Part shown: piece after piece, positions 23,461 to 36,473 of the stretch
How positions within the stretch are numbered: the first letter of the stretch is position 1
How the letters are laid out: every line of letters starts with the position of its first letter
Origin: Tubulanus polymorphus
Lineage: Eukaryota; Animalia; Nemertea
Direction of reading: 5' to 3'
Assembly: GCF_964204645.1 (NCBI RefSeq)
Contig: NC_134025.1
Location: forward strand, 1,054,001-1,118,000
Length of the DNA: 64,000 nucleotides
The notes under the pieces: generated by a model
The model's database searches: none
What the model saw: only the letters and a program-made list of their open reading frames with translations
What the model was told of the DNA's origin: nothing
Made by a program: the position numbers and the translations under genes

Positions 23461-26289
23461 TCATTGCTGGCACCATTTCGCAATCAATGTATCTCCATTT
23501 TCAACTGAATAGAATGATAATTGTCTGAGGTCGTTATCTAGGTCTATTTCAGGACCAGTTGTCTAGAAATAGAGTAACCAGAACACAACGTTTTATCATA
23601 TGACAGAGACGTGTACCGGTAGATACCGACATTTGACAATAAATACTCTACTTACATCTTTACTGATATACGATAGTTTTAATGTAGATATATCCGCTTT
23701 CAATAATCTATTCACTAAAGTTTTAACCTTCTGTACAGTCATCGTTACTGTAAATAAAATCATCACGAATATGAAATACCGGTGAAACACCTGATGTAAT
23801 TTCATATAGGAATTAACACTTACATGGTAATTTTTTCGTTAAAGTTTTCTTAGGTGGCGATTGTGGACATGTAATAGACACAGCTGTAATCAGTTAAAGA
23901 GGGTTTGAATCTTAAAACATTTCTAAATTAACCGGTTTGTCTTGAAAAAGGATACAAATTAAGTTGTCTTTCAGTGTAGTACTTTGCTGTTTCATTTCCG
24001 ATTGTTCTGCTGCTCCATAATCTAAATTCATAGAAAAATTTTTCATTGAAATAATGAAATACACAACTAAATTACAGAGGACTTGAAATGAAATACGTAC
24101 GCTCAACTATGTGTTGATATCTCGGATGTTGCAGGATAAATTCTGCGCTAGGTTTGTTTAGGATTGGATCGGAATTCCCTCCTGCCTCTAACCACATAGG
24201 TCCAAATCTCTTCAAATAATCAATTTCTGAACCTTTCCTTTCCGCAGTCGTCACCTTAAGTACAATTCATAATGATTGATGAAATGAATAAAAGTTGTTT
24301 CTACAGTGGTTATGATGATGAGAAATGCCTAATCACACAAACCTCTGTTCTATCACACACTTTCAGATTTCCTAATTTAGCGATGAGAAGTTGTCTGAGT
24401 GTTTCCACATTCACTGTTTCACATAATGGATTTTTCTTGAATCGAATTTCTTCTAATTTCATCAGTTTGTTCAATTCATTGATGGAAGACCACTTCATAT
24501 AGAAAATAGATCTCGGTTCAACAATAATCTCTTAATGTGTCAAATTCCAACAAAGAACCGAATCACTGGACATTAGTTTAATTCATAGTTAGTGACTTAA
24601 AAATAAAATTTGAAAGTCTTCTTACCTCAGATATCTTATTCCTACTCAATGATAGAGACAATAGATTTGTGAAAGCTGTTGTTTTTTCTGTTGGATTTCC
24701 GGGTAATGAAATCTGATCTAAACCAGTTCCGTTGAGAACCAGAGTTTCTAACCTAGAAAAAAAACATAAATATTCAAATAATGAATTGAAATTTCTTTTT
24801 AAAAGATACTTTTCGAATATTTTCTGATAGAATTCCAACCTCTTCAGCGAAGATAGTTTCATAACTTCGTCCCAGTTGTCGAGAGGATTTGATTCGAGGT
24901 TTAGAATTTTCAGTCGATTCAGCAGATTCCGGGGATTCGTTAATGTTTGTAGTTCAAGGAAACAAATGTGAAGATTCTCTAGATTCGGCCACATTTCAGA
25001 ACAGAATAAAATCTAGAAAATAAAATAGAACTTGATCAAAACAAAGCGAAATCGGAAAGTTTGAGAATTTATTTTGAAAAGACTTACGTCACTGAAACTC
25101 ATCTGCAGTTTCATTCTGTTCATGTATAGCGTTTGAAGACTTGAAAAACATTCTTTCAGTTTTGAAGGATTTTCAGGTAAAGTTAATCTATTTTCACTGC
25201 AATAAAAAGAATTCAAATACAATTTCTATTTGATGTTCTTTTTAAAATATAAAACCAATTAGAACCCTTACCTAATATTGAGCGATTTCAGTAATTTCAA
25301 CTGATTTGTTATTTTGGACACCTCTTCCCAGGAAGGGATAAGATTTTGCGATAAATCCAGTTCTATGATGTTAGCTACATTTTGACTCAATAAGTGATAA
25401 GAGGCTGCACCGAAAACTTTCATATTCCTCAAGACAACTTCTTCCAACTTCTCAAACTCACTGCAAATAGATTGGCAAAAAACAGTATTGAATTCCAAGA
25501 AGAGTTATTGAATTCCTGGAACATGTTTTTGATTCTTAGAAGTGTAAAATGAACGGATATTTTCATTTACCTTTGTTTTTTATTCACTTTATCAAATCCT
25601 ACTAATTCAACTGATGTAGTGGTTTTATTTCGACCAGTATTAATGAACAGTTTGTCTGTATTAGCATCAGTTTCATCAATCAAACCGTATCTTTCATTTA
25701 CAGCAGCAAAACAACTCATACCAACCTCAGCTTTCTTAGGACGTATGAACGAACCACCAGTTGGAGAACTAATCAAAAATGTAAATACATGTATCTCTGT
25801 ATGTCTATCTATATTGACACCACCAAAATCATTAGTTAGTGACCACACCTAATTTTTTATATTAAGCTTTTTATCAAATAGCCCTGAACTATCGAAGAAG
25901 TAAACTAAATCTACGGTGTGTTTTCTGAAAATCACGATAATTGATATTTTTTGATACCTAGTTTTGAAGTAAACAATTCCATCTTTAGAACCATCATGTT
26001 TGCCTCTTTCGGAATCATCCCATTCTACACCTAACCATTGACCTTTAAATCAGAAAAGCACAACATAAAGATTTATCATCAAAAAGTTCATTAGCAGGTT
26101 CTGTTGTATCTGTATTGATATTGAGATGAAAGTAGTCCTGATAAGTAAGACGTATTTGGCAACAGGGTCAGGGAGGAGAACTAGTATTAATTTACCTTCA
26201 GTAGGAGGAACAGTTCCCATATATCTGACAGTAGCTATGAACCCATCACACACTATTCTACTGCCCACTTCTATATCATTCTTAACCAT
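23461..26289 (-). CDS. TBCE: Tubulin-specific chaperone E (CAP-Gly, LRR, UBL)
   Basis: CAP-Gly [16 protein letters not shown], LRRs ([16 protein letters not shown]), [16 protein letters not shown]-terminal [16 protein letters not shown]. Confidence 0.93.
23884..23955 (-). other. U12-type (minor) GT-AG intron in TBCE, 72 nt
   Basis: Donor GTATCCTTT; branch-like CTCTTTAAC 9 nt before the 3' end; splicing keeps the frame NLI-S-VSITCP. Confidence 0.85.
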
Positions 26290-26600
26290 AGTTTCTAAAA
26301 AAGTAAAATACAGAAAACCAATCAATCAGAATGGCTCACATTTACAATAACGAAATATAGCTGTCAAGTTTTAATGAATCGGCGTTAATGAATGAACGAG
26401 TCGTTTAATCGTCCCTGCTTACCTTGTTGCTGTTTAAACTGTCTGTACATCGTTGAACTCTTAATTAGTAAACAAATATTCCCGGCATTTTGACTTGATT
26501 AATTAAAAAATGCTTAATGAGATGAGATAAACAAGTCGAGAAAATTCTTCGCTCGACGACCTTCGACGACACTAGATAATTCTTAGCGTCACCAATTCAC

Positions 26601-26869
26601 CGAATTTTGAGTATTTCTAAACTTGGTGGCAGCACCATACGGTGCCCTAGCGGAATTTCTGTGAACTAATGTAATAACTGGAGATAGAATTACGATGATT
26701 TGTATAGATTTAAGTGATTATCATTTAACGGAATATCAGAATAAGTATTTTAACCGTGAAATAACAGCATTTCATAAAAAAAGACCGGAGTTGGATGTTA
26801 CATTGGTTCACAAAAATTCCGCTAGGGACCCGGAAGGTGCTGCCACTCAACTCAATACGGCAGAATTCG
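26601..26869. mobile_element. Fold-back MITE (family E-like) in the TBCE/CCDC103 divergent promoter
   Basis: gtggcagcacc..ccctagcggaatttctgtgaactaatgtaa / ttacattggttcacaaaaattccgctaggg..ggtgctgccac. Confidence 0.65.
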
Positions 26870-27133
26870 ACACTAACCCGGAAATAAAATCCAATAATAT
26901 TTGATTTTTCCTATTTTTCGGTAAAATTGTTACTAAATGCAAATATTAGGTGAATTCGGCCTGAGGTATCAGATAATAATTGAAGAATCTTACGATTGAT
27001 AGTTTTTTGATGTGAAAGAATTTTTTAAGGTGAGTTACCGTGAAGAATAGACCAGATTTTCATATAAGTCAAAATGTAAATCAATTTTATTTTTCATTAC
27101 ACCGGTTTTTTTTTAACTAGCGGGTCGAGAGTG

Positions 27134-28238
27134 ATGGATAAAGATACGATTGATTTCAATAAACTCGAACGAGAATTGGAAGCAGCGGTTGAAGCTGATG
27201 CTAAATACAACAGAGAGAATGACGCCAAATTCAGAGCAATTCATCAAAAAGTTGCGAGTTATGATGAATTCAGGTATTTAGATAAATAAACTAAAATTGT
27301 TATTTTTAACTCTAAACTGTGGAACTCTGTCCCAATGAGATAAAGTTTTCTCCATGATTTTTGAATTTTTCATATTGATTGTTCTATTTCAGGGATATTG
27401 TTTTGGCATCGCATCTAAAACCGTTAGAAAAAAAAGACAAAATAAACGACATGAAATTTCAACAGCCATGGAACGTGCACGCTGATTCTACTCCTGGAGG
27501 GAAATCTGCATCTGAACGTGAAACTAATCAGATCAAAACGGTGAATATCAATGATAGAAATAGCAGAAAAATGTCAATATCTGATCAGTTCATCCAGTGG
27601 GTGAATTTAGGAAAATTGGAAAATTTCTGGGATAAAACAGCCACACTGGATTCCCATGGTCCCCCTCAGTGTTTTGAAATGATGCAAATTCAGAGATGAT
27701 CGATGTCATATATGCAGCTGTTTTGATTATATCTATCCTTAAAAAAAGCAACTTTAACGGGAAGGCAGATGAGTCTGGAGCTCTGAAAATACCCCCTAGA
27801 TCTACGCCTTCAATAGCATCCCTATCTAATATATCACTTATTGAGATGTCACTTTTATTACTATTTCAGAGTGAAAAAGTTCCGTCCACCAGCCATGAAT
27901 TCTCCAAAAACTGGAAACGTCTAAAAACCTCCGCCGAAAAATACGATTTTCTATCATTTGTAGGAGTGGAAAATTTGGAGAAAATTTTTAAAATTGAAAT
28001 TGCATTCGGTTTATTGGGTGAAATAGTAACCGCGCTGCTGCTGAACGAAAATTCGAACTGTGAATTCATCTTCAACGTGTTAGAAACGTTATCACGCTGT
28101 GGAAGGTTTCAGTTATCTGTAGAATTCCTGTCGAAGAAAGAATCGAAAACAATTAGTGATTTATTTGATAGAGTCGATAAAGAAGCTGATATCGATATTT
28201 CTAGAGTGGAAACTGTAAAAAAAAAATATTTGAATTAA
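27134..28238 (+). CDS. CCDC103: Coiled-coil domain-containing protein 103 (dynein arm assembly factor), 3 coding exons
   Basis: [38 protein letters not shown] and an RPAP3-C-like C-terminus ([15 protein letters not shown]). Confidence 0.92.
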
Positions 28239-28510
28239 GTAATTTATTAATCGACCAGTTTTGATTTGATTTTGACTGTTTGAAATCCTAAAAGTTTCTC
28301 ATAATTTGTAAATTTTATTTAAGAAAAAATAAATATATTTATACTTTCGATAATTGATATTTCGTGTCTATTTTTATCTGCGTCCACGATGAAAGATTGA
28401 ATAAAATTTGAATTAATTTTTTCCAAGTAGTCAAATTATAGTGACATACTAGTAAGAAAGACGGTCGGATAAGAGAATAAATAGATGCTGGCAAAAATTA
28501 CAGCGCATAC

Positions 28511-28672
28511 AGATCTTGACCGTATGGTGCTGCCTCTATACATATCGTTAACGGTAAATACGTGAACTAATTTAATACTCGCATGCCACAGTAGGAATAT
28601 TGCCCAGTGGAGTTAGTTCATCCGTTCGCCGCTAACGAAATATATAGGGGCAGCACTTAACGGCAAAGATCT
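28511..28672. mobile_element. Fold-back MITE (family E-like)
   Basis: agatct..gtgctgcctctata..gaactaa / ttagttca..tataggggcagcac..agatct. Confidence 0.6.
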
Positions 28673-29665
28673 TACACTACGGCATTGGTTCGTGCTGCCC
28701 GGCCCTACAGTTTAGAAATTCTAAAATTCTTAAAATTGCTGAAACTACAAACAACCACCTATAAAAAGCTATCTTTTTTCTGTTGATTGAAACAAATGAA
28801 ATTTCCGTTAAAAAGTTATATAAAGACCAACATGAGAGGATGATGAGTGTCTCATGTGATGATATAAAAGAGTCGAATAAATCAACAATTATAGAATTCA
28901 TTATCCCTCGCACATTACCAATAAGTTTTCCCCGAGATAATCAGCGACGAGACGACATCGCCAGAATCACGAGATTAAAGATTTTGTCAAAAGAAAGCAC
29001 TGGGCATGCCTGTGATGAGAGGCATTAATCGCTGCGAGCATATGGTCTAACGCGGCACACAAATAAATTGACGGCCTTGGAATAGAAATATCTTGATGTG
29101 TCCTTTTTCACACCCTTGCCATGTGCCAACCCGGCATTGTCCATAGTAATTAATCACGTCCCATCATCACTCTATTTACGGAAATTAAACGGATATCAAA
29201 TTTCTGATGTCCACGCCTGTGCGGTAACCATGGCAAAGTCACAGATCAAATAACAACTTTTAGCAGCCTCAGAATAATTGACGTCAATATTGCGCCATTA
29301 GTTTTACTGGGGCCGAATTTCGTTATTCACATCATGAAAATCACACAGATTAAATGATCACAATATGGCCTCATCCCGCGGAATCGTACTTGTATATTGC
29401 TAAATTATTAGATCATCATTATTGTGACAAGTCCCTCGGGGAAAATCCCAATAAATCTCAGGGCGTGACCCGTGAAGTAATGCAGTGCCTAAGGTAAATG
29501 TACTAGAAATAGAATAGATGTAATAGGTTTGTGTCCTTTTCATCAACCTCGTCTCACTCTCCATTCGCAGCGAACACATTATTGCCAACTCGACTCGTGA
29601 TGTACTGATGTAACTAAGCAACTGCAATTATCCAAACCGTACGCACTATTCAGTTAAATCATTCA

Positions 29666-32600
29666 ATGCTGCAACACCCGCACAAACCTGACACTCCAGA
29701 CCATTCTCAACTTGAAAATGGATCATTAAGGGATATATTACATGAAAACAACTCCATATCGAGTGGATTTAAAATGAATGGAACCGTAGCTCCATGCGAC
29801 GAACATACGAACATGGAGCATCAACACACAAATGGGAAGCATGGAGCGGGAATTCAACTTTCAACGATCGAAAATGAAGAAAATCAAGATGTATCAGAAC
29901 CAGAAAAAGCTGACAATGAGCCGAAAGAAGAACAGGACAAGACACCACTACCGGAGGTCTCCCCGTCACATGTTCGAACCACCTATGAGGCCGTGGCATT
30001 CTGTTCAGCAATCGTAAAAAGACCGAAATTATCTTTTGGTGAGTGATATATTTGAAATATTCAAAATAGATTTTATTGAATTGATTGATGATAGCCTAAT
30101 TAATTGTGTTGTTTCAGTTTGTGTATGTACGTATGTCTCTAACATATAACTAGATATATTGATTGACCAGTGGCTATACACGTGATTCACCATATGGTAT
30201 ATCAGAATTATGCGACACGATGTGGCAGATATTCACAAGACCATTCCTGAACAATTAGGCTAACCGAATAATTGATGATATAACCATGGGTCAATATATA
30301 CAGTATTAAATGACCAGGGCCAATGAAAAGGATTAGCATCTTTTATGTTCAGAAGTTTAAGATCAATTTTGTTTTTCATTTCAATTTAGTCCAGTTAATT
30401 CTTTTTGTGAAACTGACTTCTGGGTTAAGTTTCATGAAAACGTTAAAGCATCTGAAACTATTACGATTGAATCGCTATCCTCAATGGAAATATGAAGTTA
30501 CTAAAAGCATTTACATCAAATTTGAGCATTTTTTGTCATGAAACTGACTCGTCTGGGCAAGTCTATAATGTCAAATACTCCTACGCTTAAACTATTTATC
30601 TTACTATCTTAGAAACTATTTTGTAAACCTTCTTACTCGTTTCAGGACTGGCTCTGGCTTGCCATTTCATTGTGATATTCATCACACTCATTCTATTTAG
30701 AACGGGATACAACATTCTGCCGCTCGAGTTCGACAGGTTACCTTTATCGTTAGAAGACGATGTCGACTATCGAAGAGGACTGGCCTGGCAGAATAAGAAT
30801 TCTGAGGGGGAAATCGGATCCTCGGTACCTGCGAATGCGTCGGTCGGTCGAGTCGAAGAGGAAAGATCTCAAGTAACTGATGCTTTGTCGGTGATGTTTG
30901 AGGTCCCAGGTGGAAACGTTTTTACTAAATCTCATCTAGAGACGATTAAACGCGTACAAGAAGAGATTTTCAACATGACAGAATATCAAGATAATTTTTG
31001 TTTACTAATGGCTGGACAGTGCGTACCACCGACCTCTATCATTCAGTATTTCGATGGTAAAACGGCGGCTAAACTCAGCAATCCGTACTTCAATGATCCG
31101 ACATTTTCGAATATTCCCGGAATTCTGAACACGGCGAATAATCATCCGTTATTGAAGAAAGGCTTGCAAGCGTTTTTAGGGAAAAACAGCGAAATATCCG
31201 CAAGCAGAGCCGTATCATCGATTACAACGGTATCGATAATGTTCGCTGGTCCGCTCGCCGGGTATCAGAATGTCTCTCATCTAGAAGCTGAACAGGAGGC
31301 TAAAATATCGAAGTTTTACAGAGAAAAACTGACGCCGCTTTTAGATAACTATTTTCGGAACGGTGTCGATGGAATGGATGTGATATATCTGAGCGGTACG
31401 GCGATATCTACCGGTATTTCGGGACAAGCAATGTCTGATATGATGTTGGTAATCGGTAGTTTAGTATTCATATTCGGATTCATGGCTTTTCAAACCGGCT
31501 CGTTCTGGGTGACCGGTTGGGCAGTATTCAGCATTGTCGCCTGTTTCTTCAGCACAAATCTCATCTATCGGATCGTATTGGATTTTCAATATTTGGGCAC
31601 GTTTCACATTCTCTCCGTGTTCATCATTCTCGGAATCGGTGCCGACGACATCTTCGTTTTCTACGACACGTGGAAAGAGTGCGGGTTCCGGAAATACCCG
31701 AGTATAGCTCATCGTCTTTCCGATTGTTACCGAAGAGCTTCAGCCGCTATGTTTTTCACATCAGCCACGACTGCCGTGGCATTTTTTGTAAGCGGTGCGT
31801 CGCCGCTGTTAGGTGTTTCGTCGTTCGGAGTTTTCTCCGGTGTTTTAGTCATCGTTAACTATTTGTCGGTGATTATATTCTTCCCGACGGTTGTAGTAAC
31901 TTATCATCTATACTGGGAGAAATTTAAATGCTGTTGTTGTTGTCCGGCGCCGAGTCATGTCGATGGAGACAGTTCTACTGAGGTTGCCGTCCGTCAGAAA
32001 AGTCACCGCAATCATCCGGTCGTTCGATTCTTCCGCGGTCCTTTCTTCAACTTCATTTCTCATAAATTCATTCGACTTGTAATGATCGCCGTTTCGCTAA
32101 TTGTCGTCATCGTTTTCGGCTATTTCGCTTCTCAAATTCAAATCAACGAAGAACAGGTACGCGTCAATGCATCGCGAATAACGACTGATTATTTTGAAAT
32201 TTAAGATTAACCGTATTAAGAAAACTTCGAGAGAAGTGACGTTTCGAATCAATTCTATGAGCCATGCAAAAAAACAAAGATTTACAGAAGTGAGTCGAGG
32301 TGGCTCCCTTGGTTGTTCTTGGTTTTCCTTTTCGATTAGATAACGATAATTCACTTGTCTATTGATACGAAACTGATTCTTCTGCAGGTGAAATTTATGA
32401 GCGAGACAACGAATATTGGTAAAGCTCTGGACAGACGATCAAATGCGTTTAAACAAGTTTCAACCCAGAACAAAGTGGTCGTTAAGATAATGTGGGGTCT
32501 AGGATTCAGAGATATGTCCGTGTGTCATAAAACGGATTATAAATGTAAAGGCAACGTGGTCTGGGATGATACATTCGATTTAAACCCACCTCCAGTTCAG

Positions 32601-35600
32601 ATGGCTCTACTGGTTTGTATAGTACATTCGACTTTAATTCTATTCAGAAATAAATGTGATCAATTTTTACAAACCTGATGGACGGATACTACGTTATACT
32701 GCTAGGTTATTACATGATGAAGCTTCAAAAGCTCGCAAAATGAAATAGCTAACCTATAAAGTACTATTCGTCTATTTTAATTTATTCTACACCATAGTTA
32801 ACACGCCTCCTCTGCAAATTTCCTATCCAAAAACAAATTGTCTTCTTTCGACTAAGTCTTTAACGGATCATTATTTTTCGATATTTGACTTTTTCTCTCT
32901 CCTCAATTCGGTAGAATTTCTGTCAAAAACTGAAGACGAATTTAACCGCTCAACAAATCGATGATTTGAAGATTGCTCGGGACATTGTAACCGGAGAGCT
33001 GGAAATTCGATGTTTCATGGATGATTTAGAGCAGTTTCTACAGGTAACTATTATGCGTCATCGCCGCTATTTTCGGACGATGGAAAGTGATCATTTTCGA
33101 CGTGATAATTGTGAATATCGCAGGGGAGACAGTTCTATACTGCGCGAGAAGAGTGTTCAATTTACACCTAGTAAATACCCATCATCAAACTGTGAAATCT
33201 TTAAATGCTCCGGGGATGTACTTCATCAGTTCGGGCAGGTCGTAATTTGACGACGTACGGATATGACCACTTTTAAGTGGTCATATCTGTACGTCGTAAA
33301 ATAACACTATAAGGGTTCTTATAGTGAAATCTTCCATCCAAGTATTAACAGAAAAGGGCACAAAATTCTCTGTTTATTCTCTATTTCTCTGAACTAACAC
33401 AGTCTTATAGCAGCTTTCTGGGTCATAGATCTTGATACAGTCTTATATAGCAACCTGCTGGGGTTATAGCAGTTTTCTGGGGCATCATGACCAATTGAAA
33501 AAACAACCGATATGTTAAACCGTAGACTTTGTATGTGTAGGAGTCAGTCGTTAAAAAGATTTTTATCGGGTATTTTTTTCCAGAATGAAAACAACGCGAC
33601 GGTCAGCGGGTCGGCGAAATACCCGCCCGGAACTGATTATACATTACCGACTTCCGAAATTAAAATTCAAGATTTTATGTCGAAAAATCCACTGATTTAT
33701 AACGTGACGACATTGAACGATTATTTCTACCGATATTTCGAGGTATGTCATATATCTATAAAATCACAATAGAATTTTTGAACGGTTATTTCTATTGTTA
33801 GAAACAGATGTTATTAGAGTTTGATGATGATCCATTCATGATATGCAGACATAGAGCATTCTGGTTCTCCGACCCGTTCATCTGGAATACTTTCCCAATC
33901 AAATCTATCGATGTTTTTAAATCGAATCCTAAACACCCGTCTGTTCATCGAAGCTTTTTCTTTGTATCATGTATAATCAACGAGCATTTTATACATGGAT
34001 TTTAGGCTCAATAAAGTATTATCATTCAATCATTATCAATGATAATTGATGTATTATATTTCACAGCCCTGTGCCACTGCGGTGTGTACAATGGATACGA
34101 TGTTTGAAATACGGGGGATTATACGCACAAGGGAACCGTATATATTGATTCATGTATTGAAATAAATTATAAACCGTTCAATTATACGGTAACACCAGAA
34201 TGAATCCATAACAATCTCGAATTACGACAAGAATAATCAACATCGAATACTGATGTCATATTGGCCGTCAACTGGACTATACTGTTAGCCACGAGTAATA
34301 TTGGCCGTCAACTGGACTATACTGTTAGCTACATTTGACGGCCAATATTACTCGCATGTGTCTGTTTATTATCTGGTGGAAAATGTTTCTATGCAGCGAT
34401 AAATAGTTGATTTCACTCGTCTGTTCCTGAAACAATGAAAACGATAACCGAGACACGGAATTGTGACGACATCGAGGAATTTTGACAAGTTCTGAGTTGA
34501 ATTATTAATGAAACAACTGAGCTCTAAACTCATCATCATCATCTCGATACTTCACGGGTCTATTAAATTATTCATTGTTTTAGATAATTCTCGACTATTG
34601 GTTACACAGCGGTTATTCACCTAACTACAGAACGTTGAACCCGTACGCGCAGTATTCATCTTTACTCGGGTCGTCGCCGCTAGGTGGCAGTAGTTCGTAC
34701 GAGATCCCAGGCCGAGGTATCGAAATCAATTGAATATTAAGATGAGTTAATTGTTTGAGATGATTCAATATTGTTGATATTAATGTGCGCTAAAACTGAG
34801 TTCATGAAATCCAGAAATTGTTTCGATGTATTAATTTTTCATACTGACCATTAATGAAACACTCTTGAGTCCCTTGTTGTGACTATTAATATAAGATCCC
34901 ACAATTAAGAGTTAATAATTTCTATGAGTTAGTAGTTTATTCAAACGTTTCGACAACATTATTTTAAGTCATCTTCGCAAATACCGTATTCAACTATTAG
35001 GATAAAGTCGAAACGTTGAATAAACTACTCTACTAGCTCAAGAAAACATTTCGGATTTCTTTGATTCCTAGTGTAGGATTTTATAATACCCGGTATTTAT
35101 TTCAGGTGGAATGATTTATGGTACGCATTTACGTTACGCAGCTATCAGCATCAATACGACTCTAGTAGGAAGTACACTCGGTTATCCCACTGGTTTACCT
35201 GTCAGAGATAAGTGGGAACAATTCGTCACCGAAGAGGTAAGAAAATCTCTATAGTTTATTTCATGATAAGTTATCGGTAAATATCGATAAAACACTCTGA
35301 GCGATCCGTGTTGTAAAGAAATCCCACAATACGATTAAAAAAGAGTTTGAAATGTCTCCTAGCTCTATATCTCATCTCATACTGATCTCATTATTCCTGA
35401 TGGTGACTTCAATGATTAAGTCGAAACCTTCAATATAACTTTTCGGACTTTATTTTGATACTCAGGGTGAGAATTTTGCACTGATATCTACATTAGATTT
35501 CTACCATTTCTGTAAGCTCTAAACTGGCGGTGAAGCTTAAGGAATCTATTCAGTGATATCTTGCGAATATTTTTACCGATTCTGCAATATTTATCTTTCA

Positions 35601-36473
35601 GTTAAAGGAGTTACCGCGTCAGTTACGGAGCGGTTTCCAGTCAACACCTTCTGGAATAAACACGTGGCATTGGTTGAAAGTACAGAAAGTAAGTGCGGAA
35701 ATATTATATTTGTGTGGCATCCATTGATGGTTCAGTCTAATTGGATTCTGATTTTATTTTTCTATTTTCACAGAGTTTAGCCAGTTCTGCTATAAACGGT
35801 ATCATCATCGGAATTTGTATCGCTTATCCGATTCTGTTATTGGCTACGAAGAATCTTTTCGTCGCCGGTTTCGCAGTTTTAAACATTTGTTTTATCGCTG
35901 TTTCTGTAGTCGGTGTAATTCCGATGGCCGGATGGAAATTAGGGGTAAGTCGTCATCTCGTCACACATAGTTAATTTTTCGAGAAATTCTATTTATCATA
36001 ATGTATGTTATTGTGATTTGTAGGTTTTGGAGTCGTTAAACCTGGTACTTGTAGTCGGATTATCAGTTGATTATGTTGTCCATCTCGCTGAAGGATACAG
36101 TAGATCAGTGCGCTCCGACCGTTTAGGAAGAGTTCACGAAATGTTAGACCAAGTCGGAATATCTATAATATCCGGAGCTTGTACAACATTAGGCGCCTCT
36201 TTGTTCATGTTTTTCGCTGTGATTCTATTCTTCACGCAGTTCGGTATTTTCTTGTTTTGTACGATCGGTTTTTCGATATTTTATTCGCTGTTGTTTTTCA
36301 CGGCTGTGTTGTGCACGCTCGGGCCTCAGGGTGAATTCGGTTCGATTTTACCGTTCGGTCGATGGATCAAACGGAAATTCAAGGGTAGAAGTGTAGTTGA
36401 TGTTGATTGCGCTGTCTGTGATGGTAAGGGATTTTATACCCCGGAATGTGAGCAAGTTAATGGTTCTCAGTAA
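29666..36473 (+). CDS. Dispatched/Patched-family 12-TM sterol-sensing-domain (RND) protein, multi-exon
   Basis: SSD with GIGADDIFVFYDTW, SAAMFFTSATTAVAF; second repeat GWKLGVLES..VGLSVDYVVHLAEGY. Confidence 0.88.
34895..35082. mobile_element. Diverged copy of hammerhead palindrome family 1
   Basis: Shares atcccacaat, gtagtttattcaaacgtttcgac..gtcgaaacgttgaataaactac and atttcggattt with 56907-57157. Confidence 0.7.
35285..35470. mobile_element. Degenerate copy of hammerhead family 1 (tail in reverse orientation)
   Basis: aaaacac..atccgtgttg (reverse complement of the tail), atcccacaat, tattcCTGATGGtgactt..aagtcGAAAC. Confidence 0.6.

Noticed and set aside
34677-34690. CTCF-like motif CCGCTAGGTGGCAG
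   Set aside because: Single hit inside a coding exon; cannot be separated from chance without ChIP.
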